A DNA stretch of 64,000 nucleotides from Caecitellus pseudoparvulus (GCA_965644315.1 CBFFRQ010000214.1:1-64000), one strand, 5' to 3'; positions 15,001-30,000 are shown, counted from the first letter of the stretch. Notes: a model not told the origin generated them from the sequence alone. Program-made: numbers and translations.

Positions 15001-18000
15001 CGTCGCCCGTGAGCGCGGTGCCAGTGCTCAGCACCATGGCGCCGCTGTCGCCCGATGTCGACCCGCCCGACGCCAGTGTGACGGCCCCGCTGCTGCCCGA
15101 CTGTGTCGTGCCAGTGCTCAGCACCATGGCGCCGCTGTCGCCCGATGTCGACCCGCCCGACGCCAGTGTCACGGCCCCGCTGCTGCCCGACTGTGTCGTG
15201 CCAGTGCTCAGCACCAGCGACCCCGACACACCCGTGCCCACAGCGTTGGCACTGCGCACCACCACTGCACCAGTGCTGGACACCGCACCACTCCCGCTCA
15301 CCACACTCACCACACCGCCCACACTGCCACCAGCAGTGCTGGCGCCAGCTGACACGTACAGGTGCCCGCCGTCGCCCTGGTCAGTGCCGCCCACAGTCAT
15401 GGACATGCTGCCGGCGGCCCCCGATGTGGCGGCCCCCGTGGCCATGTGCAGGTACCCGGCGTCGCCCGTGAGCGCGGTGCCAGTGCTCAGCACCATGGCG
15501 CCGCTGTCGCCCGATGTCGACCCGCCCGACGCCAGTGTCACGGCCCCGCTGCTGCCCGACTGTGTCGTGCCAGTGCTCAGCACCATGGCGCCGCTGTCGC
15601 CCGATGTCGACCCGCCCGACGCCAGTGTCACGGCCCCGCTGCTGCCCGACTGTGTCGTGCCAGTGCTCAGCACCAGCGACCCCGACACACCCGTGCCCAC
15701 AGCGTTGGCACTGCGCACCACCACTGCACCAGTGCTGGACACCGCACCACTCCCGCTCACCACACTCACCACACCGCCCACACTGCCACCAGCAGTGCTG
15801 GCGCCAGCTGACACGTACACGTGCCCGCCGTCGCCCTGGTCAGTGCCGCCCACAGTCATGGACATGCTGCCGGCGGCCCCCGATGTGGCGGCCCCCGTGG
15901 CCATGTGCAGGTACCCGGCGTCGCCCGTGAGCGCGGTGCCAGTGCTCAGCACCATGGCGCCGCTGTCGCCCGATGTCGACCCGCCCGACGCCAGTGTCAC
16001 GGCCCCGCTGCTGCCCGACTGTGTCGTGCCAGTGCTCAGCACCATGGCGCCGCTGTCGCCCGATGTCGACCCGCCCGACGCCAGTGTCACGGCCCCGCTG
16101 CTGCCCGACTGTGTCGTGCCAGTGCTCAGCACCAGCGACCCCGACACACCCGTGCCCACAGCGTTGGCACTGCGCACCACCACTGCACCAGTGCTGGACA
16201 CCGCACCACTCCCGCTCACCACACTCACCACACCGCCCACACTGCCACCAGCAGTGCTGGCGCCAGCTGACACGTACAGGTGCCCGCCGTCGCCCTGGTC
16301 AGTGCCGCCCACAGTCATGGACATGCTGCCGGCGGCCCCCGATGTGGCGGCCCCCGTGGCCATGTGCAGGTACCCGGCGTCGCCCGTGAGCGCGGTGCCA
16401 GTGCTCAGCACCATGGCGCCGCTGTCGCCCGATGTCGACCCGCCCGACGCCAGTGTCACGGCCCCGCTGCTGCCCGACTGTGTCGTGCCAGTGCTCAGCA
16501 CCAGCGACCCCGACACGCCCGTGCCCACAGCGTTGGCACTGCGCACCACCACTGCACCAGTGCTGGACACCGCACCACTCCCGCTCACCACACTCACCAC
16601 ACCGCCCACACTGCCACCAGCAGTGCTGGCGCCAGCTGACACGTACAGGTGCCCGCCGTCGCCCTGGTCAGTGCCGCCCACAGTCATGGACATGCTGCCG
16701 GCGGCCCCCGATGTGGCGGCCCCCGTGGCCATGTGCAGGTACCCGGCGTCGCCCGTGAGCGCGGTGCCAGTGCTCAGCACCATGGCGCCGCTGTCGCCCG
16801 ATGTCGACCCGCCCGACGCCAGTGTGACGGCCCCGCTGCTGCCCGACTGTGTCGTGCCAGTGCTCAGCACCATGGCGCCGCTGTCGCCCGATGTCGACCC
16901 GCCCGACGCCAGTGTCACGGCCCCGCTGCTGCCCGACTGTGTCGTGCCAGTGCTCAGCACCAGCGACCCCGACACACCCGTGCCCACAGCGTTGGCACTG
17001 CGCACCACCACTGCACCAGTGCTGGACACCGCACCACTCCCGCTCACCACACTCACCACACCGCCCACACTGCCACCAGCAGTGCTGGCGCCAGCTGACA
17101 CGTACAGGTGCCCGCCGTCGCCCTGGTCAGTGCCGCCCACAGTCATGGACATGCTGCCGGCGGCCCCCGATGTGGCGGCCCCCGTGGCCATGTGCAGGTA
17201 CCCGGCGTCGCCCGTGAGCGCGGTGCCAGTGCTCAGCACCATGGCGCCGCTGTCGCCCGATGTCGACCCGCCCGACGCCAGTGTCACGGCCCCGCTGCTG
17301 CCCGACTGTGTCGTGCCAGTGCTCAGCACCATGGCGCCGCTGTCGCCCGATGTCGACCCGCCCGACGCCAGTGTCACGGCCCCGCTGCTGCCCGACTGTG
17401 TCGTGCCAGTGCTCAGCACCAGCGACCCCGACACGCCCGTGCCCACAGCGTTGGCACTGCGCACCACCACTGCACCAGTGCTGGACACCGCACCACTCCC
17501 GCTCACCACACTCACCACACCGCCCACACTGCCACCAGCAGTGCTGGCGCCAGCTGACACGTACAGGTGCCCGCCGTCGCCCTGGTCAGTGCCGCCCACA
17601 GTCATGGACATGCTGCCGGCGACCCCCGATGTGGCGGCCCCCGTGGCCATGTGCAGGTACCCGGCGTCGCCCGTGAGCGCGGTGCCAGTGCTCAGCACCA
17701 TGGCGCCGCTGTCGCCCGATGTCGACCCGCCCGACGCCAGTGTCACGGCCCCGCTGCTGCCCGACTGTGTCGTGCCAGTGCTCAGCACCAGCGACCCCGA
17801 CACACCCGTGCCCACAGCGTTGGCACTGCGCACCACCACTGCACCAGTGCTGGACACCGCACCACTCCCGCTCACCACACTCACCACACCCCCCACACTG
17901 CCACCAGCAGTGCTGGCGCCAGCTGACACGTACAGGTGCCCGCCGTCGCCCTGGTCAGTGGCGCCCACAGTCATGGACATGCTGCCGGCGGCCCCCGATG

Positions 18001-21000
18001 TGGCGGCCCCCGTGGCCATGTGCAGGTACCCGGCGTCGCCCGTGAGCGCGGTGCCAGTGCTCAGCACCATGGCGCCGCTGTCGCCCGATGTCGACCCGCC
18101 CGACGCCAGTGTCACGGCCCCGCTGCTGCCCGACTGTGTCGTGCCAGTGCTCAGCACCATGGCGCCGCTGTCGCCCGATGTCGACCCGCCCGACGCCAGT
18201 GTCACGGCCCCGCTGCTGCCCGACTGTGTCGTGCCAGTGCTCAGCACCAGCGACCCCGACACACCCGTGCCCACAGCGTTGGCACTGCGCACCACCACTG
18301 CACCAGTGCTGGACACCGCACCACTCCCGCTCACCACACTCACCACACCGCCCACACTGCCACCAGCAGTGCTGGCGCCAGCTGACACGTACAGGTGCCC
18401 GCCGTCGCCCTGGTCAGTGCCGCCCACAGTCATGGACATGCTGCCGGCGACCCCCGATGTGGCGGCCCCCGTGGCCATGTGCAGGTACCCGGCGTCGCCC
18501 GTGAGCGCGGTGCCAGTGCTCAGCACCATGGCGCCGCTGTCGCCCGATGTCGACCCGCCCGACGCCAGTGTCACGGCCCCGCTGCTGCCCGACTGTGTCG
18601 TGCCAGTGCTCAGCACCAGCGACCCCGACACGCCTGTGCCCACAGCGTTGGCACTGCGCACCACCACTGCACCAGTGCTGGACACCGCACCACTCCCGCT
18701 CACCACACTCACCACACCGCCCACACTGCCACCAGCAGTGCTGGCGCCAGCTGACACATACAGGTGCCCGCCGTCGCCCTGGTCAGTGGCGCCCACAGTC
18801 ATGGACATGCTGCCGGCGACCCCCGATGTGGCGGCCCCCGTGGCCATGTGCAGGTACCCGGCGTCGCCCGTGAGCGCGGTGCCAGTGCTCAGCACCATGG
18901 CGCCGCTGTCGCCCGATGTCGACCCGCCCGACGCCAGTGTCACGGCCCCGCTGCTGCCCGACTGTGTCGTGCCAGTGCTCAGCACCATGGCGCCGCTGTC
19001 GCCCGATGTCGACCCGCCCGACGCCAGTGTCACGGCCCCGCTGCTGCCCGACTGTGTCGTGCCAGTGCTCAGCACCAGCGACCCCGACACACCCGTGCCC
19101 ACAGCGTTGGCACTGCGCACCACCACTGCACCAGTGCTGGACACCGCACCACTCCCGCTCACCACACTCACCACACCGCCCACACTGCCACCAGCAGTGC
19201 TGGCGCCAGCTGACACGTACAGGTGCCCGCCGTCGCCCTGGTCAGTGGCGCCCACAGTCATGGACATGCTGCCGGCGACCCCCGATGTGGCGGCCCCCGT
19301 GGCCATGTGCAGGTACCCGGCGTCGCCCGTGAGCGCGGTGCCAGTGCTCAGCACCATGGCGCCGCTGTCGCCCGATGTCGACCCGCCCGACGCCAGTGTG
19401 ACGGCCCCGCTGCTGCCCGACTGTGTCGTGCCAGTGCTCAGCACCATGGCGCCGCTGTCGCCCGATGTCGACCCGCCCGACGCCAGTGTCACGGCCCCGC
19501 TGCTGCCCGACTGTGTCGTGCCAGTGCTCAGCACCAGCAACCCCGACACACCTGTGCCCACAGCGTTGGCACTGCGCACCACCACTGCACCTGTGCTGGA
19601 CACCGCACCACTCCCGCTCACCACACTCACCACACCGCCCACACTGCCACCAGCAGTGCTGGCGCCAGCTGACACATACAGGTGCCCGCCGTCGCCCTGG
19701 TCAGTGGCGCCCACAGTCATGGACATGCTGCCGGCGACCCCCGATGTGGCGGCCCCCGTGGCCATGTGCAGGTACCCGGCGTCGCCCGTGAGCGCGGTGC
19801 CAGTGCTCAGCACCATGGCGCCGCTGTCGCCCGATGTCGACCCGCCCGACGCCAGTGTCACGGCCCCGCTGCTGCCCGACTGTGTCGTGCCAGTGCTCAG
19901 CACCAGCGACCCCGACACGCCTGTGCCCACAGCGTTGGCACTGCGCACCACCACTGCACCTGTGCTGGACACCGCACCACTCCCGCTCACCACACTCACC
20001 ACACCGCCCACACTGCCACCAGCAGTGCTGGCGCCAGCTGACACGTACACGTGCCCGCCGTCGCCCTGGTCAGTGCCGCCCACAGTCATGGACATGCTGC
20101 CGGCGGCCCCCGATGTGGCGGCCCCCGTGGCCATGTGCAGGTACCCGGCGTCGCCCGTGAGCGCGGTGCCAGTGCTCAGCACCATGGCGCCGCTGTCGCC
20201 CGATGTCGACCCGCCCGACGCCAGTGTCACGGCCCCGCTGCTGCCCGACTGTGTCGTGCCAGTGCTCAGCACCATGGCGCCGCTGTCGCCCGATGTCGAC
20301 CCGCCCGACGCCAGTGTCACGGCCCCGCTGCTGCCCGACTGTGTCGTGCCAGTGCTCAGCACCAGCGACCCCGACACACCCGTGCCCACAGCGTTGGCAC
20401 TGCGCACCACCACTGCACCAGTGCTGGACACCGCACCACTCCCGCTCACCACACTCACCACACCGCCCACACTGCCACCAGCAGTGCTGGCGCCAGCTGA
20501 CACGTACAGGTGCCCGCCGTCGCCCTGGTCAGTGGCGCCCACAGTCATGGACATGCTGCCGGCGACCCCCGATGTGGCGGCCCCCGTGGCCATGTGCAGG
20601 TACCCGGCGTCGCCCGTGAGCGCGGTGCCAGTGCTCAGCACCATGGCGCCGCTGTCGCCCGATGTCGACCCGCCCGACGCCAGTGTCACGGCCCCGCTGC
20701 TGCCCGACTGTGTCGTGCCAGTGCTCAGCACCATGGCGCCGCTGTCGCCCGATGTCGACCCGCCCGACGCCAGTGTCACGGCCCCGCTGCTGCCCGACTG
20801 TGTCGTGCCAGTGCTCAGCACCAGCGACCCCGACACACCCGTGCCCACAGCGTTGGCACTGCGCACCACCACTGCACCTGTGCTGGACACCGCACCACTC
20901 CCGCTCACCACACTCACCACACCGCCCACACTGCCACCAGCAGTGCTGGCGCCAGCTGACACATACAGGTGCCCGCCGTCGCCCTGGTCAGTGGCGCCCA

Positions 21001-24000
21001 CAGTCATGGACATGCTGCCGGCGGCCCCCGATGTGGCGGCCCCCGTGGCCATGTGCAGGTACCCGGCGTCGCCCGTGAGCGCGGTGCCAGTGCTCAGCAC
21101 CATGGCGCCGCTGTCGCCCGATGTCGACCCGCCCGACGCCAGTGTCACGGCCCCGCTGCTGCCCGACTGTGTCGTGCCAGTGCTCAGCACCATGGCGCCG
21201 CTGTCGCCCGATGTCGACCCGCCCGACGCCAGTGTCACGGCCCCGCTGCTGCCCGACTGTGTCGTGCCAGTGCTCAGCACCAGCGACCCCGACACGCCCG
21301 TGCCCACAGCGTTGGCACTGCGCACCACCACTGCACCAGTGCTGGACACCGCACCACTCCCGCTCACCACACTCACCACACCGCCCACACTGCCACCAGC
21401 AGTGCTGGCGCCAGCTGACACATACAGGTGCCCGCCGTCGCCCTGGTCAGTGGCGCCCACAGTCATGGACATGCTGCCGGCGACCCCCGATGTGGCGGCC
21501 CCCGTGGCCATGTGCAGGTACCCGGCGTCGCCCGTGAGCGCGGTGCCAGTGCTCAGCACCATGGCGCCGCTGTCGCCCGATGTCGACCCGCCCGACGCCA
21601 GTGTCACGGCCCCGCTGCTGCCCGACTGTGTCGTGCCAGTGCTCAGCACCAGCGACCCCGACACACCCGTGCCCACAGCGTTGGCACTGCGCACCACCAC
21701 TGCACCTGTGCTGGACACCGCACCACTCCCGCTCACCACACTCACCACACCGCCCACACTGCCACCAGCAGTGCTGGCGCCAGCTGACACGTACACGTGC
21801 CCGCCGTCGCCCTGGTCAGTGGCGCCCACAGTCATGGACATGCTGCCGGCGATTCCATGATTTGATGATCCTGTTGAGATTAGGACATGCCCCGATGATC
21901 CTGAAAATGATCGTCCAGTCCCGAGATTAACAGCTCCAGAGTTGCCATTTGAGCTACGGCCAGTTTCAAGACCAAGTGACCCTGAGTCTCCGTGCTCAGT
22001 TCTTCCAGATTTGATCTCCACGGCACCAGTGTCACCTGACACTGACAGTCCAGACCCAAGTGAAACATGGCCAGATGCTCCATTCGTCGATGTTCCAGTA
22101 TGCATCATCATCTTTCCAGAGGATCCCGAAAGAATAGCATTCGCGCTACGCACCACCACTGCACCAGTGCTGGACACCGCACCACTCCCGCTCACCACAC
22201 TCACCACACCGCCCACACTGCCACCAGCAGTGCTGGCGCCAGCTGACACGTACAGGTGCCCGCCGTCGCCCTGGTCAGTGGCGCCCACAGTCATGGACAT
22301 GCTGCCGGCGACCCCCGATGTGGCGGCCCCCGTGGCCATGTGCAGGTACCCGGCGTCGCCCGTGAGCGCGGTGCCAGTGCTCAGCACCATGGCGCCGCTG
22401 TCGCCCGATGTCGACCCGCCCGACGCCAGTGTCACGGCCCCGCTGCTGCCCGACTGTGTCGTGCCAGTGCTCAGCACCATGGCGCCGCTGTCGCCCGATG
22501 TCGACCCGCCCGACGCCAGTGTCACGGCCCCGCTGCTGCCCGACTGTGTCGTGCCAGTGCTCAGCACCAGCGACCCCGACACACCCGTGCCCACAGCGTT
22601 GGCACTGCGCACCACCACTGCACCAGTGCTGGACACCGCACCACTCCCGCTCACCACACTCACCACACCGCCCACACTGCCACCAGCAGTGCTGGCGCCA
22701 GCTGACACGTACACGTGCCCGCCGTCGCCCTGGTCAGTGCCGCCCACAGTCATGGACATGCTGCCGGCGGCCCCCGATGTGGCGGCCCCCGTGGCCATGT
22801 GCAGGTACCCGGCGTCGCCCGTGAGCGCGGTGCCAGTGCTCAGCACCATGGCGCCGCTGTCGCCCGATGTCGACCCGCCCGACGCCAGTGTCACGGCCCC
22901 GCTGCTGCCCGACTGTGTCGTGCCAGTGCTCAGCACCATGGCGCCGCTGTCGCCCGATGTCGACCCGCCCGACGCCAGTGTCACGGCCCCGCTGCTGCCC
23001 GACTGTGTCGTGCCAGTGCTCAGCACCAGCGACCCCGACACGCCCGTGCCCACAGCGTTGGCACTGCGCACCACCACTGCACCAGTGCTGGACACCGCAC
23101 CACTCCCGCTCACCACACTCACCACACCGCCCACACTGCCACCAGCAGTGCTGGCGCCAGCTGACACGTACAGGTGCCCGCCGTCGCCCTGGTCAGTGGC
23201 GCCCACAGTCATGGACATGCTGCCGGCGGCCCCCGATGTGGCGGCCCCCGTGGCCATGTGCAGGTACCCGGCGTCGCCCGTGAGCGCGGTGCCAGTGCTC
23301 AGCACCATGGCGCCGCTGTCGCCCGATGTCGACCCGCCCGACGCCAGTGTCACGGCCCCGCTGCTGCCCGACTGTGTCGTGCCAGTGCTCAGCACCATGG
23401 CGCCGCTGTCGCCCGATGTCGACCCGCCCGACGCCAGTGTCACGGCCCCGCTGCTGCCCGACTGTGTCGTGCCAGTGCTCAGCACCAGCGACCCCGACAC
23501 ACCCGTGCCCACAGCGTTGGCACTGCGCACCACCACTGCACCAGTGCTGGACACCGCACCACTCCCGCTCACCACACTCACCACACCGCCCACACTGCCA
23601 CCAGCAGTGCTGGCGCCAGCTGACACGTACAGGTGCCCGCCGTCGCCCTGGTCAGTGCCGCCCACAGTCATGGACATGCTGCCGGCGGCCCCCGATGTGG
23701 CGGCCCCCGTGGCCATGTGCAGGTACCCGGCGTCGCCCGTGAGCGCGGTGCCAGTGCTCAGCACCATGGCGCCGCTGTCGCCCGATGTCGACCCGCCCGA
23801 CGCCAGTGTCACGGCCCCGCTGCTGCCCGACTGTGTCGTGCCAGTGCTCAGCACCATGGCGCCGCTGTCGCCCGATGTCGACCCGCCCGACGCCAGTGTC
23901 ACGGCCCCGCTGCTGCCCGACTGTGTCGTGCCAGTGCTCAGCACCAGCGACCCCGACACACCCGTGCCCACAGCGTTGGCACTGCGCACCACCACTGCAC

Positions 24001-27000
24001 CAGTGCTGGACACCGCACCACTCCCGCTCACCACACTCACCACACCGCCCACACTGCCACCAGCAGTGCTGGCGCCAGCTGACACGTACAGGTGCCCGCC
24101 GTCGCCCTGGTCAGTGCCGCCCACAGTCATGGACATGCTGCCGGCGACCCCCGATGTGGCGGCCCCCGTGGCCATGTGCAGGTACCCGGCGTCGCCCGTG
24201 AGCGCGGTGCCAGTGCTCAGCACCATGGCGCCGCTGTCGCCCGATGTCGACCCGCCCGACGCCAGTGTCACGGCCCCGCTGCTGCCCGACTGTGTCGTGC
24301 CAGTGCTCAGCACCAGCGACCCCGACACACCCGTGCCCACAGCGTTGGCACTGCGCACCACCACTGCACCAGTGCTGGACACCGCACCACTCCCGCTCAC
24401 CACACTCACCACACCGCCCACACTGCCACCAGCAGTGCTGGCGCCAGCTGACACGTACAGGTGCCCGCCGTCGCCCTGGTCAGTGCCGCCCACAGTCATG
24501 GACATGCTGCCGGCGACCCCCGATGTGGCGGCCCCCGTGGCCATGTGCAGGTACCCGGCGTCGCCCGTGAGCGCGGTGCCAGTGCTCAGCACCATGGCGC
24601 CGCTGTCGCCCGATGTCGACCCGCCCGACGCCAGTGTGACGGCCCCGCTGCTGCCCGACTGTGTCGTGCCAGTGCTCAGCACCATGGCGCCGCTGTCGCC
24701 CGATGTCGACCCGCCCGACGCCAGTGTCACGGCCCCGCTGCTGCCCGACTGTGTCGTGCCAGTGCTCAGCACCAGCGACCCCGACACACCCGTGCCCACA
24801 GCGTTGGCACTGCGCACCACCACTGCACCAGTGCTGGACACCGCACCACTCCCGCTCACCACACTCACCACACCGCCCACACTGCCACCAGCAGTGCTGG
24901 CGCCAGCTGACACGTACAGGTGCCCGCCGTCGCCCTGGTCAGTGGCGCCCACAGTCATGGACATGCTGCCGGCGACCCCCGATGTGGCGGCCCCCGTGGC
25001 CATGTGCAGGTACCCGGCGTCGCCCGTGAGCGCGGTGCCAGTGCTCAGCACCATGGCGCCGCTGTCGCCCGATGTCGACCCGCCCGACGCCAGTGTCACG
25101 GCCCCGCTGCTGCCCGACTGTGTCGTGCCAGTGCTCAGCACCATGGCGCCGCTGTCGCCCGATGTCGACCCGCCCGACGCCAGTGTCACGGCCCCGCTGC
25201 TGCCCGACTGTGTCGTGCCAGTGCTCAGCACCAGCGACCCCGACACACCCGTGCCCACAGCGTTGGCACTGCGCACCACCACTGCACCAGTGCTGGACAC
25301 CGCACCACTCCCGCTCACCACACTCACCACACCGCCCACACTGCCACCAGCAGTGCTGGCGCCAGCTGACACGTACAGGTGCCCGCCGTCGCCCTGGTCA
25401 GTGCCGCCCACAGTCATGGACATGCTGCCGGCGACCCCCGATGTGGCGGCCCCCGTGGCCATGTGCAGGTACCCGGCGTCGCCCGTGAGCGCGGTGCCAG
25501 TGCTCAGCACCATGGCGCCGCTGTCGCCCGATGTCGACCCGCCCGACGCCAGTGTGACGGCCCCGCTGCTGCCCGACTGTGTCGTGCCAGTGCTCAGCAC
25601 CAGCGACCCCGACACGCCCGTGCCCACAGCGTTGGCACTGCGCACCACCACTGCACCAGTGCTGGACACCGCACCACTCCCGCTCACCACACTCACCACA
25701 CCGCCCACACTGCCACCAGCAGTGCTGGCGCCAGCTGACACGTACAGGTGCCCGCCGTCGCCCTGGTCAGTGCCGCCCACAGTCATGGACATGCTGCCGG
25801 CGGCCCCCGATGTGGCGGCCCCCGTGGCCATGTGCAGGTACCCGGCGTCGCCCGTGAGCGCGGTGCCAGTGCTCAGCACCATGGCGCCGCTGTCGCCCGA
25901 TGTCGACCCGCCCGACGCCAGTGTCACGGCCCCGCTGCTGCCCGACTGTGTCGTGCCAGTGCTCAGCACCATGGCGCCGCTGTCGCCCGATGTCGACCCG
26001 CCCGACGCCAGTGTCACGGCCCCGCTGCTGCCCGACTGTGTCGTGCCAGTGCTCAGCACCAGCGACCCCGACACACCCGTGCCCACAGCGTTGGCACTGC
26101 GCACCACCACTGCACCAGTGCTGGACACCGCACCACTCCCGCTCACCACACTCACCACACCGCCCACACTGCCACCAGCAGTGCTGGCGCCAGCTGACAC
26201 GTACAGGTGCCCGCCGTCGCCCTGGTCAGTGGCGCCCACAGTCATGGACATGCTGCCGGCGGCCCCCGATGTGGCGGCCCCCGTGGCCATGTGCAGGTAC
26301 CCGGCGTCGCCCGTGAGCGCGGTGCCAGTGCTCAGCACCATGGCGCCGCTGTCGCCCGATGTCGACCCGCCCGACGCCAGTGTCACGGCCCCGCTGCTGC
26401 CCGACTGTGTCGTGCCAGTGCTCAGCACCATGGCGCCGCTGTCGCCCGATGTCGACCCGCCCGACGCCAGTGTCACGGCCCCGCTGCTGCCCGACTGTGT
26501 CGTGCCAGTGCTCAGCACCAGCGACCCCGACACACCCGTGCCCACAGCGTTGGCACTGCGCACCACCACTGCACCAGTGCTGGACACCGCACCACTCCCG
26601 CTCACCACACTCACCACACCGCCCACACTGCCACCAGCAGTGCTGGCGCCAGCTGACACGTACACGTGCCCGCCGTCGCCCTGGTCAGTGCCGCCCACAG
26701 TCATGGACATGCTGCCGGCGGCCCCCGATGTGGCGGCCCCCGTGGCCATGTGCAGGTACCCGGCGTCGCCCGTGAGCGCGGTGCCAGTGCTCAGCACCAT
26801 GGCGCCGCTGTCGCCCGATGTCGACCCGCCCGACGCCAGTGTCACGGCCCCGCTGCTGCCCGACTGTGTCGTGCCAGTGCTCAGCACCAGCGACCCCGAC
26901 ACACCCGTGCCCACAGCGTTGGCACTGCGCACCACCACTGCACCAGTGCTGGACACCGCACCACTCCCGCTCACCACACTCACCACACCGCCCACACTGC

Positions 27001-30000
27001 CACCAGCAGTGCTGGCGCCAGCTGACACGTACACGTGCCCGCCGTCGCCCTGGTCAGTGGCGCCCACAGTCATGGACATGCTGCCGGCGACCCCCGATGT
27101 GGCGGCCCCCGTGGCCATGTGCAGGTACCCGGCGTCGCCCGTGAGCGCGGTGCCAGTGCTCAGCACCATGGCGCCGCTGTCGCCCGATGTCGACCCGCCC
27201 GACGCCAGTGTCACGGCCCCGCTGCTGCCCGACTGTGTCGTGCCAGTGCTCAGCACCATGGCGCCGCTGTCGCCCGATGTCGACCCGCCCGACGCCAGTG
27301 TCACGGCCCCGCTGCTGCCCGACTGTGTCGTGCCAGTGCTCAGCACCAGCGACCCCGACACACCCGTGCCCACAGCGTTGGCACTGCGCACCACCACTGC
27401 ACCAGTGCTGGACACCGCACCACTCCCGCTCACCACACTCACCACACCGCCCACACTGCCACCAGCAGTGCTGGCGCCAGCTGACACGTACAGGTGCCCG
27501 CCGTCGCCCTGGTCAGTGCCGCCCACAGTCATGGACATGCTGCCGGCGACCCCCGATGTGGCGGCCCCCGTGGCCATGTGCAGGTACCCGGCGTCGCCCG
27601 TGAGCGCGGTGCCAGTGCTCAGCACCATGGCGCCGCTGTCGCCCGATGTCGACCCGCCCGACGCCAGTGTCACGGCCCCGCTGCTGCCCGACTGTGTCGT
27701 GCCAGTGCTCAGCACCATGGCGCCGCTGTCGCCCGATGTCGACCCGCCCGACGCCAGTGTCACGGCCCCGCTGCTGCCCGACTGTGTCGTGCCAGTGCTC
27801 AGCACCAGCGACCCCGACACACCCGTGCCCACAGCGTTGGCACTGCGCACCACCACTGCACCAGTGCTGGACACCGCACCACTCCCGCTCACCACACTCA
27901 CCACACCGCCCACACTGCCACCAGCAGTGCTGGCGCCAGCTGACACGTACAGGTGCCCGCCGTCGCCCTGGTCAGTGGCGCCCACAGTCATGGACATGCT
28001 GCCGGCGGCCCCCGATGTGGCGGCCCCCGTGGCCATGTGCAGGTACCCGGCGTCGCCCGTGAGCGCGGTGCCAGTGCTCAGCACCATGGCGCCGCTGTTG
28101 CCCGATGTCGACCCGCCCGACGCCAGTGTCACGGCCCCGCTGCTGCCCGACTGTGTCGTGCCAGTGCTCAGCACCATGGCCCCGCTGTCGCCCGTGCCCA
28201 CAGCGTTGGCACTGCGCACCACCACTGCACCAGTGCTGGACACCGCACCACTCCCGCTCACCACACTCACCACACCCCCCACACTGCCACCAGCAGTGCT
28301 GGCGCCAGCTGACACGTACAGGTGCCCGCCGTCGCCCTGGTCAGTGCCGCCCACAGTCATGGACATGCTGCCGGCGACCCCCGATGTGGCGGCCCCCGTG
28401 GCCATGTGCAGGTACCCGGCGTCGCCCGTGAGCGCGGTGCCAGTGCTCAGCACCATGGCGCCGCTGTCGCCCGATGTCGACCCGCCCGACGCCAGTGTGA
28501 CGGCCCCGCTGCTGCCCGACTGTGTCGTGCCAGTGCTCAGCACCATGGCGCCGCTGTCGCCCGATGTCGACCCGCCCGACGCCAGTGTCACGGCCCCGCT
28601 GCTGCCCGACTGTGTCGTGCCAGTGCTCAGCACCAGCGACCCCGACACACCCGTGCCCACAGCGTTGGCACTGCGCACCACCACTGCACCAGTGCTGGAC
28701 ACCGCACCACTCCCGCTCACCACACTCACCACACCGCCCACACTGCCACCAGCAGTGCTGGCGCCAGCTGACACGTACACGTGCCCGCCGTCGCCCTGGT
28801 CAGTGGCGCCCACAGTCATGGACATGCTGCCGGCGGCCCCCGATGTGGCGGCCCCCGTGGCCATGTGCAGGTACCCGGCGTCGCCCGTGAGCGCGGTGCC
28901 AGTGCTCAGCACCATGGCGCCGCTGTCGCCCGATGTCGATGTTCCGGACTTAATATTTACAGATCCGGTGTATGAAGATGATACTGCGTCCCCCGTCCCT
29001 ATTTCAACAGACCCAGAGTCACCAGATTGAGTCTTTCCGGAAGCAAGTGTGACGGCCCCGCTGCTGCCCGACTGTGTCGTGCCAGTGCTCAGCACCAGCG
29101 ACCCCGACACACCCGTGCCCACAGCGTTGGCACTGCGCACCACCACTGCACCAGTGCTGGACACCGCACCACTCCCGCTCACCACACTCACCACACCACC
29201 CACACTGCCACCAGCAGTGCTGGCGCCAGCTGACACGTACAGGTGCCCGCCGTCGCCCTGGTCAGTGGCGCCCACAGTCATGGACATGCTGCCGGCGACC
29301 CCCGATGTGGCGGCCCCCGTGGCCATGTGCAGGTACCCGGCGTCGCCCGTGAGCGCGGTGCCAGTGCTCAGCACCATGGCGCCGCTGTCGCCCGATGTCG
29401 ACCCGCCCGACGCCAGTGTCACGGCCCCGCTGCTGCCCGACTGTGTCGTGCCAGTGCTCAGCACCAGCGACCCCGACACACCCGTGCCCACAGCGTTGGC
29501 ACTGCGCACCACCACTGCACCTGTGCTGGACACCGCACCACTCCCGCTCACCACACTCACCACACCGCCCACACTGCCACCAGCAGTGCTGGCGCCAGCT
29601 GACACGTACAGGTGCCCGCCGTCGCCCTGGTCAGTGCCGCCCACAGTCATGGACATGCTGCCGGCGACCCCCGATGTGGCGGCCCCCGTGGCCATGTGCA
29701 GGTACCCGGCGTCGCCCGTGAGCGCGGTGCCAGTGCTCAGCACCATGGCGCCGCTGTCGCCCGATGTCGACCCGCCCGACGCCAGTGTCACGGCCCCGCT
29801 GCTGCCCGACTGTGTCGTGCCAGTGCTCAGCACCATGGCGCCACTGTCGCCCGATGTCGACCCGCCCGACGCCAGTGTCACGGCCCCGCTGCTGCCCGAC
29901 TGTGTCGTGCCAGTGCTCAGCACCAGCGACCCCGACACGCCCGTGCCCACAGCGTTGGCACTGCGCACCACCACTGCACCAGTGCTGGACACCGCACCAC

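Noticed and set aside
21853-29045. Divergent islands as introns or inserted mobile elements
   Set aside because: They are in frame, replace an equal length of consensus, follow the rung pattern and show no target-site duplication or terminal repeats.
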